A stretch of 63,796 nt of DNA, filler included, from an uncultured bacterium (GTDB taxonomy: Bacteria > CAYSBA01): assembly GCA_964429075.1 (NCBI GenBank). It is 17 parts of 17 records of this genome, joined end to end, with 100 filler letters (N's around TTAATTAATTAA, not from the genome) between each part and the next. Parts side by side here need not be neighbours in the genome. Positions count along the whole stretch, not along the records: positions 60,287 to 63,796 come from CAYSBA010000200.1; 16 more parts are not named here. One strand, given 5' to 3'. Below are positions 63,601 through 63,796 of the stretch, one piece after another; positions within the stretch are counted from its first letter, which is position 1, and each line of letters starts with the position of its first letter. The position numbers and the translations under genes were made by a program. Below the pieces are notes generated by a model, which was given only the letters and a program-made list of their open reading frames with translations, was not told where the DNA came from and did not search any database.

Positions 63601-63796
63601 TATCTTTCAACAGAATTTGTAAAAATCCTGCCAGATAAGATAAGATATAAAGTCACTGGTGGGAGTTTATTTTTTTATGATCTCAAATAAATAAGGTTTA
63701 TTAGTATTCATTTGAGATATGTTGATAAATTTTCCTCTACTTTTTTTTAAATTTCTTTTGAGACTTGGTCTATTCTTTTTGTTGTCGTAAACTTTG

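Overview
This window is not one locus. It is about 17 short contigs (~3.5-3.8 kb, ordered by decreasing length) from an AT-rich bacterial draft genome or MAG, joined by artificial 100-nt linkers (N44-TTAATTAATTAA-N44), so gene adjacency across linkers is meaningless. Gene content suggests a diderm deltaproteobacterium (Myxococcota/Desulfobacterota-like), probably an anaerobic scavenger of amino acids, fatty acids and purines. Content is mostly housekeeping: the spc-operon tail, secA, lysS-lolE-lolD-bamA, mutL, tRNA-modification genes, Feo, Pit, acyl-CoA dehydrogenases, hutH/pruA and one tRNA-Ser(GGA). I see no CRISPR array, prophage, IS element or clear defence island. Best observations: (1) an exact 55-nt overlap joins two contigs and rebuilds an operon of lipoprotein, ceramidase-like lipoprotein, CBS, CGL and tRNA methyltransferase, followed by a sigma54-driven Geobacter-type pilin; (2) a T15 tract forms the -35/-10 spacer of a radical SAM promoter (possible phase variation); (3) the biotin carrier gene appears to start at ATT; (4) rpmD (L30) is missing between rpsE and rplO; (5) the tadA stop codon lies inside tRNA-Ser; (6) a collapsed DUF4236-TPR gene remnant; (7) repeated leaderless promoter architecture. 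All family calls are by motif recognition, not database searches.
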